Below, piece by piece: positions 21,772 through 33,317 of a stretch of DNA of 64,000 nucleotides (within the stretch, counting starts at the first letter, position 1; each line of letters begins with the position of its first letter). This DNA comes from Pseudomonadota bacterium. Lineage in GTDB: Bacteria > Pseudomonadota > Gammaproteobacteria > Xanthomonadales > Rhodanobacteraceae. A program made the position numbers and the translations under genes. The DNA is taken from positions 6,008 through 70,007 of the forward strand of contig JAFEFS010000073.1 of NCBI GenBank assembly GCA_018240465.1, read 5' to 3'. Below the pieces are notes generated by a model, which worked only from the letters and a program-made list of their open reading frames with translations, did not search any database and was not told where the DNA came from.

Positions 21772-23241
21772 ATGAGCGAAAACAAGAGCATGAATGATTG
21801 GCTGAAGGACTGGGATGCGTTGCAGCGCCAGTATTTCAACGCCTGGTCCGATCTCGCGCAGAAGGCGCCGTTTGCGCTGCCGCCGGGTGCGGCGCCGTTC
21901 GCCGGGGCGAATCCGTTCTCCGGCGCCAATCCGTTCGCCGCGGGCGTTGCGAATCCGTTCGCCGTGCCGCCGACGGCCGGCTTTGCCGGGTTCGCCCCGT
22001 TCAATCCTTTCGCTGGTGCGGCGCCGGCGCCACAATCGCCATGGCACGAGGGCCTGGAGCAATGGTCGCGTCTGTTCGCCGACGCGGGCAAGCAGAGCGA
22101 AACGGCCGAACGTCTGACCGAAAGTGCGAAGGCCTATGTTGCGATGATGCAATCGCTGTTCGCAAGCTCGGTGCCGGGCGACGGCGTGGCGCATCCCGCG
22201 CAGGTGTGGATCGACGCGGCACGCAGTGGCTTCGCCGGCACCGGGACGTCGGGCATTCCCGGCTTCGATCCGGCGGCGAATCCGTTCGCGAAGGCCTTGC
22301 GCGAGGTGGCCGGCAAGGGCGCCCAGGGGTTCGCCGAACTGCCTTCCGCGTTCGCGCCATACATCGAGCAGATGCGCAAGCAGGGCCTGTCGTGGCTGCA
22401 GATGCCGGCGTTCGGTCTCGCGCGCGAACACCAGGAGCACTATCAGCGCACCGCGCTTGCCTTGGTCGAATACCAGCAGGCGCTGCGCGAGTACAACCGT
22501 CTGATGCTCAAGGCGGCCCAACGCGGCAACGAATTGTTCGAGCACAAGCTCGCCGAACGCGGCGAGCCGGGACGCGCGATCGACTCGCTCAAGGCGCTGT
22601 ACGACCTCTGGGTCGACGCGATGGAGGACGCCTATGCCGAGGTCGCGCTGTCGGAAGAATTCAGCAAGGCCTACGGCGAACTTGCCAATGCACAGATGCG
22701 CGTGCGCAAGCAGATCCAGGCCGAGGTCGAGCGCGTCGGTCGCGAGCTTGGCATGCCTACACGCGGCGAACTCGACAGCCTCGGCAAGCGTGTCCACGAC
22801 CTGCGCCGCGAAGTGCGCGACGGTGGTGTGCGTGCCGATGGCGGCATCGAGGTCGAAGTCGACGCCCTGCGCAGCGAAGTTGCCGCGTTGAGGAAGTCGT
22901 TGGCACAGGCAAACTCGAAGCATTCCGCTGCCGCGGCGAAACCGGTCGAGGCTGCGATCACGGCAGCGAAACCCGCGCCGTCCGCAGTGAAACCGCGGCC
23001 CGCGGCGAAGCCGGTCCGGCGTCGTGCCGCGGCGGTGAAGTCGCGCGCACCCGCAGCGGTGGTGCGCCCGCGTCCGGCCGATGAAACGGCGGGCAAACCG
23101 ACGGCGAGCTCGTTCGCCGATGCGGTTGCGGCGATGCAGCGACGCGTCAAGCGCAAGCCGAAGTTGCGCGCCGCCGCGGCGCGCGTGGCGAAGCCGAGCA
23201 AGGGCGGCAAGGAAAACGAGAAACGGAGCAAGCAGAAGTAA
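21772..23241 (+). CDS. phaE: Class III PHA synthase subunit PhaE with low-complexity N-terminal insert and basic C-terminal tail
   Basis: PAFGLAREHQ, LYDLWVDAMEDAYAE, YGELANAQM, MPTRGELDSLGKRVHDLRRE; directly upstream of phaC; ATG 21772. Confidence 0.92.
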   Translation: MSENKSMNDWLKDWDALQRQYFNAWSDLAQKAPFALPPGAAPFAGANPFSGANPFAAGVANPFAVPPTAGFAGFAPFNPFAGAAPAPQSPWHEGLEQWSRLFADAGKQSETAERLTESAKAYVAMMQSLFASSVPGDGVAHPAQVWIDAARSGFAGTGTSGIPGFDPAANPFAKALREVAGKGAQGFAELPSAFAPYIEQMRKQGLSWLQMPAFGLAREHQEHYQRTALALVEYQQALREYNRLMLKAAQRGNELFEHKLAERGEPGRAIDSLKALYDLWVDAMEDAYAEVALSEEFSKAYGELANAQMRVRKQIQAEVERVGRELGMPTRGELDSLGKRVHDLRREVRDGGVRADGGIEVEVDALRSEVAALRKSLAQANSKHSAAAAKPVEAAITAAKPAPSAVKPRPAAKPVRRRAAAVKSRAPAAVVRPRPADETAGKPTASSFADAVAAMQRRVKRKPKLRAAAARVAKPSKGGKENEKRSKQK

Positions 23242-23249
23242 CCTGGCTG

Positions 23250-23329
23250 GTCGTTCCGGCGATAGCTGGAATCCAGCCTTGATCTTTGACGCCGATGAAA
23301 AGCTGGATGCCAGCTTTCGCTGGCATGAC
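23250..23329. repeat. Inverted pair of GTCAT-type units between phaE and phaC
   Basis: GTCGTTCCGGCGATAGCTGGAATCCAG (23250-23276) and CTGGATGCCAGCTTTCGCTGGCATGAC (23303-23329). Confidence 0.75.
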
Positions 23330-23352
23330 GAATCGTTGCGAGGTACGACTCC

Positions 23353-24417
23353 ATGAACCCCATCCGCATCGCGCCGCAGAAGGCGTACGAGGAAGCTTCG
23401 AGGTTTCAGCAGAAAATCGCGGCCGGCATGCAGGTGCTGCGCACCCTTGACGACGTGCACTACGGCGCGACCGACAAGGAAGAAATCTACCGCGAGGACA
23501 AGCTCGTTCTGTACCGCTTCAAGGGGCCGCACAAACCGACCGCGAAGGTGCCGATCCTGATCAGCTACGCGCTGGTCAACCGGCCGTACATGGTCGACCT
23601 GCAGGATGATCGATCCCTGGTCAAGAATCTGCTTGCACGCGGCGAGGACGTCTATCTCATCGACTGGGGCTATCCCGACGCCTCGGACAAACACCTGACT
23701 CTCGACGACTACATCAACGGCTACATCCGCCGCTGTGTCGACGTGGTGGCGAAGCGCCACAAGCTCGCCAGGATCAACCTGCTCGGCATCTGCCAGGGCG
23801 GCGCGTTCAGTCTGTGCTTCGCTTCGATCTATCCCGAGAAGGTCCAGAACCTGATCACGATGGTGACGCCGGTCGATTTTCAGACCCGCGACAACATGCT
23901 CTCGAACTGGGTGCAGCATCTCGACGTCGACCTGTTCGTCGATACGCTCGGCAACGTGCCGGCCGACCTGATGAACTACTGCTATCTGATGCTCAAACCG
24001 GTGCGCCTGAACCAGCAGAAGTACATCGGCCTCGTCGACATTCTCGACGACAAGGCCGAGCTGGAAAATTTCCTGCGCATGGAAAAATGGATTTTCGACA
24101 GCCCCGACCAGGCTGGCGCCGCGTTCCGCCAGTTCATCAAGGATTTCTACCAGGGCAACAAGTTGGTCAACGGCGGCCTGAAGATCGGTGACAAGTCGGT
24201 GGATCTGAAGAATCTCGATGTACCCGTGCTCAACATCTTCGCCGAGCAGGATCACCTCGTGCCGCCCGACGCCTCGCGCGCGCTGCGTGGGCGCATCGGC
24301 TCGGACGATTACACCGAGCTCGCGTTCAAGGGCGGACACATCGGCATCTACGTTTCCGGCCGCGCGCAGCGCGAGGTACCGACGGCGATCCACGAATGGT
24401 TGGCGGCGCGCACCTGA
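23353..24417 (+). CDS. phaC: Class III PHA synthase subunit PhaC
   Basis: 354 aa; YALVNRPYMVDLQ, lipase-like box GICQGG, KWIFDSPD, DH, GGHIG. Confidence 0.97.
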   Translation: MNPIRIAPQKAYEEASRFQQKIAAGMQVLRTLDDVHYGATDKEEIYREDKLVLYRFKGPHKPTAKVPILISYALVNRPYMVDLQDDRSLVKNLLARGEDVYLIDWGYPDASDKHLTLDDYINGYIRRCVDVVAKRHKLARINLLGICQGGAFSLCFASIYPEKVQNLITMVTPVDFQTRDNMLSNWVQHLDVDLFVDTLGNVPADLMNYCYLMLKPVRLNQQKYIGLVDILDDKAELENFLRMEKWIFDSPDQAGAAFRQFIKDFYQGNKLVNGGLKIGDKSVDLKNLDVPVLNIFAEQDHLVPPDASRALRGRIGSDDYTELAFKGGHIGIYVSGRAQREVPTAIHEWLAART

Positions 24418-24560
24418 GGATGCGCCGGCAACGGTGATGGAGCCGTCACGCGAGCGCGAGGTTGTCGGTCGTTTTGCGCCGATGACGACGTTGCCCGGCG
24501 CCGCATCGAATGGTTGCGCAAACCGATGTCGTGCAACCGCAGCGTCGGACCGCCACGTCG

Positions 24561-25148
24561 ATGAATGACAAGCTTCCACCACCGCGGCAGGCGCGCTGGG
24601 CAGTCGGCACGGTGTTCACGGTCGGGCATTCGACATTGCCGATCGCGCGTTTCATCGCGCTGCTGCGGGTCTACGCCATCGAACGGCTGGTGGACATACG
24701 CACGGTGCCGGGATCGCGCCGCAACCCCCAATTCAACGGCGACGCGTTGGCCGCGAGTCTCGCGGCGGAGCAAATCGATTATGTGCATATGCGCGCGTTG
24801 GGCGGCCTGCGCCGGCCGCGCAAGGATTCACCGAATGGTGCCTGGCGCAACGCCGGTTTCCATGGCTACGCCGACTACATGCAGACGCCGGAATTCGGCG
24901 CCGCGCTCGACGAACTCGTTCGCCTGAGCCGCGAGCGCCGTGTCGTGATCATGTGCGCCGAGGCCGTGCCCTGGCGCTGCCATCGCTCGCTCGTGGCCGA
25001 TGCGCTGGTCGTGCGCGGCATCGCGGTGATCGAGATATTGTCGGAAAGCAACTATCGCCATCACGAACTCACCTCGTTCGCGCGAGTCGAAGGTGTCCGC
25101 ATCAGCTACCCGCCGCCTGCGGACCCGTCGCTTTCCTTGCCATTGTGA
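24561..25148 (+). CDS. DUF488 family protein
   Basis: FTVGHS, LVDIRTVPGSRRNPQFN, ALGGLR, MCAEAVPWRCHRSLVAD. Confidence 0.85.
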   Translation: MNDKLPPPRQARWAVGTVFTVGHSTLPIARFIALLRVYAIERLVDIRTVPGSRRNPQFNGDALAASLAAEQIDYVHMRALGGLRRPRKDSPNGAWRNAGFHGYADYMQTPEFGAALDELVRLSRERRVVIMCAEAVPWRCHRSLVADALVVRGIAVIEILSESNYRHHELTSFARVEGVRISYPPPADPSLSLPL

Positions 25149-25151
25149 GAG

Positions 25152-25739
25152 ATGCAAACGCCGCTTTCGAAGTTGCTCAAGGACATCCGCGCGTGTACGC
25201 ATTGCGCGGCGAGCCTGCCTTGCGGACCGCGGCCGGTACTGCAGGCGCATGCGTCCGCCCGGCTGCTGATCGTGGGCCAGGCGCCTGGAAGGAAGGTGCA
25301 CGAAACCGGCATTCCCTGGGACGATGCATCGGGGGACACGCTGCGTGACTGGCTCGGCCTGACGCCGGCGCAATTCTACGACGCGAGCAAGGTAGCCATC
25401 ATGCCGATGGGATTCTGCTATCCGGGGCGTGGCCGCTCCGGCGACCTGCCGCCGCGGCCGCAATGCGCGCCGCGCTGGCACGAGAAACTGAATGCGCGGA
25501 TGCCCGGGATCGCGTTGACCTTGCTCGTGGGCAGGTACGCGCAGGTCCACTATTTGGCGGATCGTCGCAAGACGACGCTTGGCGATACGGTCAAGGCATG
25601 GAAAAACTATTTTCCGTCAGGCCATCTGCCGCTGCCGCATCCTTCTCCGCGCAACCGACCGTGGTGCGTGCGCAATCCCTGGTTCGAGCAGGAACTGGTG
25701 CCGGAACTCCGCGCCCTCGTCCGATCGCTTGAGCTTTAG
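25152..25739 (+). CDS. Uracil-DNA glycosylase superfamily protein
   Basis: CxxC near N-terminus, IVGQAPG, WDDASG, FCYPG, LPHPSPRN. Confidence 0.85.
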   Translation: MQTPLSKLLKDIRACTHCAASLPCGPRPVLQAHASARLLIVGQAPGRKVHETGIPWDDASGDTLRDWLGLTPAQFYDASKVAIMPMGFCYPGRGRSGDLPPRPQCAPRWHEKLNARMPGIALTLLVGRYAQVHYLADRRKTTLGDTVKAWKNYFPSGHLPLPHPSPRNRPWCVRNPWFEQELVPELRALVRSLEL

Positions 25740-25955
25740 TCAGCGATCGAGTTTGGTCAGCGCTGGCCCCTTGTGCATGGCGACGTGATCCGTGCGGTCA
25801 CTCTTGATCTCGTACTGGGGTTTGTCCGGGCCGGCATGGTGGATATGGCCCTTGTAGTTCACGTCCTGCGTGTGCACCTTGACGATCCGGCCGCTGACGC
25901 GACCGGCTTCGGAATTCCAGGCGACATGGTCGCCGACCTTGAAGTGCTCGCCCAT
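25740..25955 (-). CDS. DUF2945 (HVA1/TUDOR-like) small protein
   Basis: FKVGDHVAWNSEAG...PQYEIKSDRTDHVAMHK; ATG 25955. Confidence 0.8.
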   Translation of the reverse strand: MGEHFKVGDHVAWNSEAGRVSGRIVKVHTQDVNYKGHIHHAGPDKPQYEIKSDRTDHVAMHKGPALTKLDR

Positions 25956-26011
25956 GACTTCCGCCGGTCCGGCTCGCCAGGCCGCGATATCGCGTCGCGG
26001 CGAGGGCAGCG

Positions 26012-26431
26012 CTACCTTTTTCCGCTTCGCGCAGCGCGGGGCGAAGCGGGCGACGGCGCGGCCGCGGCGCCGGCTTTGGGTTTCGCACCGCTCTTGGTCG
26101 CCGAGCTTTGCTCGAAGATGTTCGTGTAGAACAATTCGGTTGCCTTGAGCGCCATCTCGATCGTCTGCTTCTGCGAGGCGTTGCTGGTGGCAACGGATTC
26201 GCGCATCAAGTCGAACAACTCCGACCACAACTGACGCAAGCTGGCTATGTCCTTGACGTGGGAGGTCTGGGTCATCAAACGCGTCATCGCGTCGACGTGG
26301 AATTGCACAGTGCGGATCGTGAGATCGAAGGCCTGGTCGCTGCCTTCGAGGCCGAGCTTCGCGGCCTGTTGCAGGCGGTCGCTGGCTTCGCGACCGAGGA
26401 AATACAGCTGGCCCGGATTGAATTGCAGCAT
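26012..26431 (-). CDS. Putative phasin-like protein with Ala/Lys/Pro tail
   Basis: GGAGG RBS before ATG 26431; 139 aa amphipathic helical pattern, tail TKSGAKPKAGAAAAPSPASPRAARSGKR; near phaEC. Confidence 0.5.
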   Translation of the reverse strand: MLQFNPGQLYFLGREASDRLQQAAKLGLEGSDQAFDLTIRTVQFHVDAMTRLMTQTSHVKDIASLRQLWSELFDLMRESVATSNASQKQTIEMALKATELFYTNIFEQSSATKSGAKPKAGAAAAPSPASPRAARSGKR

Positions 26432-26537
26432 ATGCCCTCCTGATGGTTCTCGTATTTCGTCCGATCTGGGGTCTGCGTGCCAAGAATACAACCTTCGGCA
26501 CGAACAGCCCTTGTGCGCCGCGAAAAAAAGTGCCGGA

Positions 26538-26720
26538 TCAGTCGCGTTCGCGCCAGGATTGCAACGCCAACCGCATCGCCTCGAACTGGCGCGCGACCCG
26601 CATGCACGCATCGCAGGCGAACAGATGCAGGCGCAAGCGCAGGCGCATGCGCCACGGCAACGAGTGTTCCATCTGCTGCGAGAGGAGGCGCGAGGCCTGT
26701 AGGCAGGTGATGCGGAACAT
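26538..26720 (-). CDS. zf-HC2 (ZAS) anti-sigma factor, soluble
   Basis: TCLQASRLLS...HLFACDAC (Hx3Cx2C); just downstream of ECF sigma; start 26720 or 26765. Confidence 0.85.
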   Translation of the reverse strand: MFRITCLQASRLLSQQMEHSLPWRMRLRLRLHLFACDACMRVARQFEAMRLALQSWRERD

Positions 26721-26727
26721 CGGATGC

Positions 26728-27330
26728 CTAGCCAGTCTGCGCACGGCCGAAACCCACGTTTTCAAGACAAGTACGCAGCATCATGCGCGCCCGGTACAGT
26801 TGCACCCACACGTTGGACGGCGTGATCTGCAAATCCTTACACAGCTCGTCGGTGTCGCTGCCGAGCACTTCGCGCAGCACGAACAGCTGGCCGGTGCGCC
26901 TGGGCAGCTTGTCGACGCAGCGTTGCACGGCGACGAGGAAGGCATCCTGCTGTGCCAGTTCGGCTGGATTGCCGGCATCCATAGGCTGCCTGGCGTAGTG
27001 GCCACTCGCGTCGAACAGGCGATCGAACTCGTGCTCGGCGTTTTCGCCGGCTTCCGGCAACGGTTCCTCGCGCCATTGCTTGCGCACGAGATCGATGATG
27101 TGGTTCTTGAGGATCGCGGTGAGCCAGGTGCGCAGCGACGAGCGTCCGGCGAAGCTCGCGCGGCGCTCGTAGGCTTGGGTCAACACGTCGGAAACCGCGT
27201 CCTCGGCCAGGTGCTCGTCGCGCAGTTCCAGACGCGCGACCTTGAGCAGGTAAGTTCGATGCGCGGCCAGCGTCTCGAAATCGATGACGACGGCGGAGGA
27301 AGCAGCAGCAGCGGAATCGCCGGTTTCCAT
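26728..27330 (-). CDS. ECF sigma-70 factor (in frame with upstream peptidase ORF)
   Basis: AEDAVSDVL, SSLRTWLTAILKNHIIDLVR (region 2), ELCKDLQITPSNVWVQLYRARMMLR (region 4); internal ATG 27330. Confidence 0.9.
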   Translation of the reverse strand: METGDSAAAASSAVVIDFETLAAHRTYLLKVARLELRDEHLAEDAVSDVLTQAYERRASFAGRSSLRTWLTAILKNHIIDLVRKQWREEPLPEAGENAEHEFDRLFDASGHYARQPMDAGNPAELAQQDAFLVAVQRCVDKLPRRTGQLFVLREVLGSDTDELCKDLQITPSNVWVQLYRARMMLRTCLENVGFGRAQTG

Positions 27331-28065
27331 GCGGTATTGCGGCCGGGACAGATTGCGCATTATGCCATCGGTGCGGCCTTGTCGTTGCGCGTCGCTGGCG
27401 TCCGTCCGTACTTCCGCTGCGATCGTGGCTATGGTTTCCGGCGCGTACGGCATCGATTCGGGGGCATCGTCCTGCCAGCACCAATGCCAGGGCTCGTAGG
27501 CCATGGCGTGCGCATTGCCACGTGGATAGCTCAGCCTGAAGTGGTGGAACTTCGCGTTCCGCAAGAGCCAGGCGAACGCGGGCGAGCGCTCGAATTCTTC
27601 CTCGACCGGAGCGTAGCCCGGCGTCGTGATGTCGACCGCGCGTCCGCTGTGGTGCTCGCTGTAGCCGGGCGCCGCGCTGACCCGCAGAACCTCGGCCATC
27701 GTCTGCCCGTGCGCGAGTTTGCCACGCACGATCGCCAGCTGCGCTTCGACGCTGCGGAACGTGGACACGGCACGCAGATCGATGCCGTCGCCTGCCGCCG
27801 CGGCGCGCATGCGCGCCCACGCGCGCGCGGCTGCCGGTGTCAGTCGTTGCTCATAGCCCAGGGCGTCGCGACCGCCGATGCCGACGAGCCGTTGCGGTTC
27901 GCGCACGTCGGCAAGGCCGCGCGCACTGGCGTAGTCGCGCGGGATGCCCAGGCGGAAGGCGGCTTCGACCAGCACTTCCGCGCCCGGCCGTGGCGGCGTC
28001 AACGCTACGGCCGGCCGCGCGGCCATCAAGATGAGGGCGGTGAAAACGCCGGGGAATCGCAGCAT
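27331..28065 (-). CDS. M15B/VanY-type D-Ala-D-Ala carboxypeptidase domain (no stop before the sigma gene)
   Basis: Signal peptide MLRFPGVFTALILMAARPAVA; STFRS, APGYSEHHSGRAVD, YEPWHW; frame continues into sigma to stop at 26728. Confidence 0.85.
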
Positions 28066-28355
28066 GTCCAGTCGTCCGTACTTCATCGATCCGTAGGTGC
28101 TTTCAGGCGCGGCGGGCCGGATGCGCCATGCGGAAGATCCGGCGCAATGCGGCGGCCTCGATCAGGAAAGCGCAATTCCGGCGGAAACGGCTCACGCATG
28201 CGAATGCGCGCGTGTGGCGCGGGGTCGGGATCGCGACTCGGGGGTGATGCGAGCGCAGGCTGGCAAGCCGGGTGAGGCCCCGGGGCAAAGTTTTCAGGCT
28301 ATGTGCCGAAGCGCTTGCTAAACTCCGCGCCCCTTCATTTCATCCGGCCCGCCTC

Positions 28356-28700
28356 ATGGACCAGATTCTGTTCCACCTGAATTTCTTCCACCTGTTCAAG
28401 GTAGCCGTAACCGGCTGGAAGCTGGTCGGCTTTCTCGGCACGGCGCTGTTCACCGCACGTTGGTTCGTGCAGTTCTACGCGACCAAGAAACTGAAGCGCG
28501 TCACCGTGCCGATGATGTTCTGGTATCTCTCGGTGACCGGCAGCGTGCTGACGCTCGCCTACTTCATCTGGGGCAAGAATGATTCGGTCGGCATCATCCA
28601 GACGGCGTTCCCGATGTTCGTGTCGTTCTACAACGTGTATGCGCACCTGCGCCATCGCGACCTGAGCACGGGCGAGCACGAGGAGCCGCGCGGTTCTTGA
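28356..28700 (+). CDS. Stand-alone lipid A biosynthesis N-terminal (LAB_N) domain membrane protein
   Basis: GFLGTALFTARWFVQFYAT, VPMMFWYLSVTGSVL, DSVGI; ATG 28356. Confidence 0.8.
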   Translation: MDQILFHLNFFHLFKVAVTGWKLVGFLGTALFTARWFVQFYATKKLKRVTVPMMFWYLSVTGSVLTLAYFIWGKNDSVGIIQTAFPMFVSFYNVYAHLRHRDLSTGEHEEPRGS

Positions 28701-28767
28701 CTCTTGCCTTCCCGCTGGAACGCGAAATTGAAACGCAGCCGTCCGCGACCGGAATTTTCACGAAAAC

Positions 28768-30480
28768 TCAGAAGGCCGACGCGGTCAGGGCGATGTCGGC
28801 ATCTTTCCATGCCTGCTTGAAACGCTGCCCGATCGCGGCGGCGTCCTTTGTCTTGCGCTGTGCCTCGAGCGACCGGGCGAGGCCGTACAGCGCCCAGCCG
28901 TTTTCCGGATGGCGTCGTAAATCGTCGCGATAAACCTGTTCGGCTTCCTTTGCGTTGTGGTCGCGCAGCAGTTCCGCCCCGAGCAGGTGGCGCACCGGGA
29001 CGAACCAGTCCGCGGGCTCGTCGTAGTCGAGCCGATCCTCTTTTGCGACCGCCTCGCGCAGCGCGGCGATGGCTTCGCCGCGGCGGCCTTGCGCGGCGGC
29101 GATGCGTGCCGTTGCAACCGCGGCCGCGACGGCGATCAGGTCGCCGGCCTTGTTGAGCCCGGCCGGCGCGTCGGCGGGCGTAGCCGCGGCGATGGCGTCG
29201 AGTTCGTTCTTCTCCGCGATCGCGGCATCGACCCGGTCCGTCGCTGCGAACGCCACGCTGCGCGCGTAACGATACGCGGCCGACAGGCCGAGCAGTTTCG
29301 GATCGGGCGCGGGTACGGCGAGGATGTCCTGCCAGCGGCCGAAGCGTTCCATCACGAAAAATGGCTCGGCCGCGTACCAGTCAAGGCCGGCACCCATGTG
29401 CAGCGATTCGTCGGTGAGCCGCGAGGTCATCTCGCGCATGGCCTGCAGCGCCGCGGTCGAGCGGCCGCGCATCGCCTCCGAGTAGCCGAGGAACTGGTAG
29501 TTGTGGGTGAAATACATGCCGCTGTAGTACATCCATCCCGGCGGCCTCGCCTTGTCGACGTAGGCGGCATCGGCCTTCGCGCCGTCGATGTTCGCCGTGC
29601 TGGCGTCGGCGTAGCGTCCGACGCGCTGGTAGATGTGCGACGGCATGTGCACGATGTGGCCCGCGCCCGGCATGAGCGCGGCGAGCCGGTCGGCGGCGGC
29701 CAGGCCTTTCTCGGGATGCGGCGAGGCCTCGACGGCGTGGATGTAGTAGTGGTTTGCGCCGGGGTGGGTCGGGTTGCGCGCGAGCACGCCTTCCAGCGTC
29801 GCGACGATCTCGTCGGTGCCCGGAGCGGCCTTGCCCTCGTTACTCCACAATTTCCACGGATTCGCCGTCATCAGCGCCTCGGCGAAGAACACCTGCACGT
29901 CGTCATCGGCCGGATACTGTTCGGCGGCCTCGCGCATCGCGCTCGCGTAGGCGTCGTTGAAAGGCTGCATTTTTTCGGGCGGTACCGGAATCGCGCTCGC
30001 GTAGCGCTTGCCCAGCGCGCCGATCAAAGCCTGCTCGACGGGCGTCGCGTGCGCGGCCTGCTTCTGCGCGGACTCGACGGCGTTCCAGAGCGCCTGCCAG
30101 CGCTGTTCCATCGCCGGCATGTTGTAGTTCGGACCCAGCGCTTCGGCCGCGCCCCAGTAACAGATCGCGCAGGCCGGATCGAGTTCGATGGCGCGGGCGA
30201 ACGCGCGCGCGGCCTCGTCGTGGTTGAAGCCGTAGATCAGGTTCAGGCCCTGGTCGAAATACGCCTGCGCCTCGGGCGAGTTCGTCGTAACCTTGCGCGA
30301 GTAGGCGCCGAGTCCGTCCAGAGGCTGCGCGCCCCGGGCCCATTGCACGAGTGCCGGGGCGGGCGCGGCCATTCCCGCGTGTTCCGTGTGCGCGTCGGAC
30401 TTCTGTTGCGAAGTGGATGCGCACGCGAACAAAGCGCACGAGCCGAGTGCCGCGACAAAGCGACGATGGATCGTATTCAT
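28768..30480 (-). CDS. TPR-containing lipoprotein
   Basis: Lipobox LFAC; AQAYFDQGLNLIYGFNHDEA, DPACAICYWG, C-terminal TPRs (NGWALYGLARSL); ATG 30480. Confidence 0.8.
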   Translation of the reverse strand: MNTIHRRFVAALGSCALFACASTSQQKSDAHTEHAGMAAPAPALVQWARGAQPLDGLGAYSRKVTTNSPEAQAYFDQGLNLIYGFNHDEAARAFARAIELDPACAICYWGAAEALGPNYNMPAMEQRWQALWNAVESAQKQAAHATPVEQALIGALGKRYASAIPVPPEKMQPFNDAYASAMREAAEQYPADDDVQVFFAEALMTANPWKLWSNEGKAAPGTDEIVATLEGVLARNPTHPGANHYYIHAVEASPHPEKGLAAADRLAALMPGAGHIVHMPSHIYQRVGRYADASTANIDGAKADAAYVDKARPPGWMYYSGMYFTHNYQFLGYSEAMRGRSTAALQAMREMTSRLTDESLHMGAGLDWYAAEPFFVMERFGRWQDILAVPAPDPKLLGLSAAYRYARSVAFAATDRVDAAIAEKNELDAIAAATPADAPAGLNKAGDLIAVAAAVATARIAAAQGRRGEAIAALREAVAKEDRLDYDEPADWFVPVRHLLGAELLRDHNAKEAEQVYRDDLRRHPENGWALYGLARSLEAQRKTKDAAAIGQRFKQAWKDADIALTASAF

Positions 30481-30565
30481 GACTTCTCCCCAAGTCGTGA
30501 TCGATGCGCGGAGCTTACACTTTTCCGCGTACGCGAAAAATCGGATGCGGAAAAGACGGCAGCGA

Positions 30566-33262
<2,697 letters not shown>

Positions 33263-33283
33263 TGTTGTGCTTTGCTCTTGCTT

Positions 33284-33312
33284 GTCATTCCGGCAGGGAC
33301 TGCCGGAATGAC
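33284..33312. repeat. Perfect GTCAT-type palindrome between the two metH halves
   Basis: GTCATTCCGGCAG-GGA-CTGCCGGAATGAC, 13-bp perfect stem. Confidence 0.8.
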
Positions 33313-33317
33313 GATTT

